The notes under the pieces were generated by a model that had not been told where the DNA came from, made no database searches, and saw only the letters and a list, made by a program, of their open reading frames with translations. Shown piece by piece: positions 62,435 to 64,000 of a stretch of DNA of 64,000 nt. The stretch spans positions 124,001 to 188,000 of IMG/VR virus record IMGVR_UViG_3300033997_000478, one strand, 5' to 3'. Position numbers and translations under genes: made by a program. Positions within the stretch are counted from its first letter, which is position 1, and each line of letters opens with the position of its first letter.

Positions 62435-62537
62435 TTTCGCACAGCCGTGCGAAACCCTGTGTACGACGGTGAGGGCCCAAAGCGGACAGGCCGTCGTGCA
62501 TTTCAATCAACGCTAAACACCAACAAAGGTAAGCGCA

Positions 62538-63467
62538 ATGAACACCAACACCAACGGCCGCCGCGAACTGACCGTCGATGAACGTACCCAGCTGTGGTTT
62601 TCCACTCAGGTTAATCCCAAGGTCGCGTTGGATCGCAAGCTTGCATTCGAGTCGGGGAACATGCTGACGGCTGAAGCATGTCATGAGATGCTCGACGAGC
62701 TTCACATCCCCACCCATGCCGGCGAATTCATGTTCGTCGACCTGCCCAAGGATGGTCTGACGCACGACATGATCACCTTCAAGCCGGAGTGGATTGACAG
62801 CAGCGGCCTGCCCTATGGGGCGATCAAGTGGGGTATGCTCAACATCGGTGCCCGGCGCGACAGCAAGATCTGCATGTGCTTCCTGCTCGACCAGCCGGCC
62901 ATCGTGGAGATCAGTCGTTTCGACGAATCGGTCACGGTGAACATCGTGATCGGCACGCGCACGCGGGTGAAAATGGGTCAGGACCACTACACGATCTTTA
63001 CCCGTGGCATGCGCGATGAAGAGCAGCGTTTTGAACGGCGTATGGATCCCCAAGGTCAGCCGGTGTGGGTACCCACCCGTGTGCTGAAGAACACCATCCT
63101 GCCGACGGCACTGAACTGCCCCACCACGATCTGGAACTACCAGCGTGAAGTCGGTAAGCAGTTGTGCTGGCGTTGGAATGACAACCAGAACGGCGAACTA
63201 CTTGTGTCGGTGGACGATGTACTGGGTCGCTACACGATCTTCAACGGCCCCACTACGGCGGAGATGGCGCAGGCGTTCTACACCCACATCAACGTGCTGA
63301 ACTTGAATCATCCGTTGGATGACAAGGACAAACGTTGGCTCAACCCGATCGAGTTCTTCGACCTCCTGCATCGGATGGCCGTGGTCCTCGGTGTGGACGA
63401 AGACAAACTTCGCACCATCCGGGAAGAGGCCGCCCGCGCAGCCGCTGCCTGGAACCCGGCGCAATAA
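62538..63467 (+). CDS. Hypothetical protein
   Basis: 309 aa; AAGG SD. Confidence 0.75.
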   Translation: MNTNTNGRRELTVDERTQLWFSTQVNPKVALDRKLAFESGNMLTAEACHEMLDELHIPTHAGEFMFVDLPKDGLTHDMITFKPEWIDSSGLPYGAIKWGMLNIGARRDSKICMCFLLDQPAIVEISRFDESVTVNIVIGTRTRVKMGQDHYTIFTRGMRDEEQRFERRMDPQGQPVWVPTRVLKNTILPTALNCPTTIWNYQREVGKQLCWRWNDNQNGELLVSVDDVLGRYTIFNGPTTAEMAQAFYTHINVLNLNHPLDDKDKRWLNPIEFFDLLHRMAVVLGVDEDKLRTIREEAARAAAAWNPAQ

Positions 63468-63468
63468 A

Positions 63469-63520
63469 GCATAAGGCCCCTCTCCTTCGGGAGAGGGGTT
63501 TGTGCCGTCCTTTGTTTTTT
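63469..63520 (+). terminator. Intrinsic terminator
   Basis: GCATAA-gg-cccctctcc-TTCG-ggagagggg followed by a T-rich tail. Confidence 0.8.
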
Positions 63521-63618
63521 GGTTAACGAGGTGCTTCTTTTTTAGAGGCGGGGTCTACCATTTGAAACGAGATTCAACGCTACATTATCCATCAGATACC
63601 CCCGAACCGGAAACGGTC

Positions 63619-64000
63619 ATGAACAATGAACTGAGAGAATACCAAGAGCTGTGTGAGCTGGTGCGTGAGGCACAAGAAGCTTACCACGGTCAAGACCATC
63701 TGATCATGTCCGACTACGACTACGATCAGAAGATCAAAGAACTGCGAGCAATTGAAGCAGCTCATCCGGAATGGCGCACTGAAGACAGCCCGACCGAAGC
63801 GGTAGGCGCTGCGATCAAGCGTGGTCTGTACCCGGTCACCCACGACATCCGTATGCTGTCGCTGGACAATGCGTTCAACGATACCGAACTGCTGGAACAT
63901 ATCAACCGCTGGGGCAACCCCCAGGCCGGTATGACGGCCTCACCGAAATTCGACGGTCTGGCGGTGAAGTTGGATTACACCGAAGGTCGACTGACTGAAG
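63619..64000 (+). CDS. ligA: NAD-dependent DNA ligase, N-terminal part (runs off the window)
   Basis: Translated by eye: AYH...MSDYDYD...HPEW..EDSPT..VG...H..RMLSLDN...PKFDGLA (KxDG adenylation motif). Confidence 0.95.
   Translation, partial: MNNELREYQELCELVREAQEAYHGQDHLIMSDYDYDQKIKELRAIEAAHPEWRTEDSPTEAVGAAIKRGLYPVTHDIRMLSLDNAFNDTELLEHINRWGNPQAGMTASPKFDGLAVKLDYTEGRLTE

Overview
A gene-dense, GC-rich segment of what appears to be a phiKZ-like jumbo phage genome, probably infecting a GC-rich proteobacterium (family and host are inferred, not proven). Nearly all genes are on the + strand in short operons ending in GC-rich hairpin terminators, many with a cUUCGg loop. Recognisable genes: the 3' part of thyA with a group I intron carrying a NUMOD3-type homing endonuclease; HD and MazG-like hydrolases; dCTP deaminase; a histidine phosphatase; an L,D-transpeptidase-like protein; a virion/tail-fibre-like cluster (20.2-26.8 kb); a SNF2-like helicase with an Ala1 (class 3) LAGLIDADG intein; an embedded i-spanin/o-spanin pair; an HNH nuclease; a tRNA cluster (Gln, Glu, Ile plus two tRNA-like genes with abnormal anticodon loops); an SspB homologue; and the start of NAD-dependent DNA ligase. 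Most interesting candidates: (1) a possible phage toolkit for hijacking host ClpXP, made of SspB plus an unrelated protein ending in the ClpX-docking tail HLRVVK; (2) four unannotated structured non-coding RNAs of about 200-590 nt; (3) aberrant tRNAs; (4) three secreted low-complexity, possibly amyloid-like proteins; (5) three tandem Arg-rich small genes, each behind an SD-sequestering hairpin. All RNA structures were folded by eye and all homology calls come from motif recognition; no searches were run.
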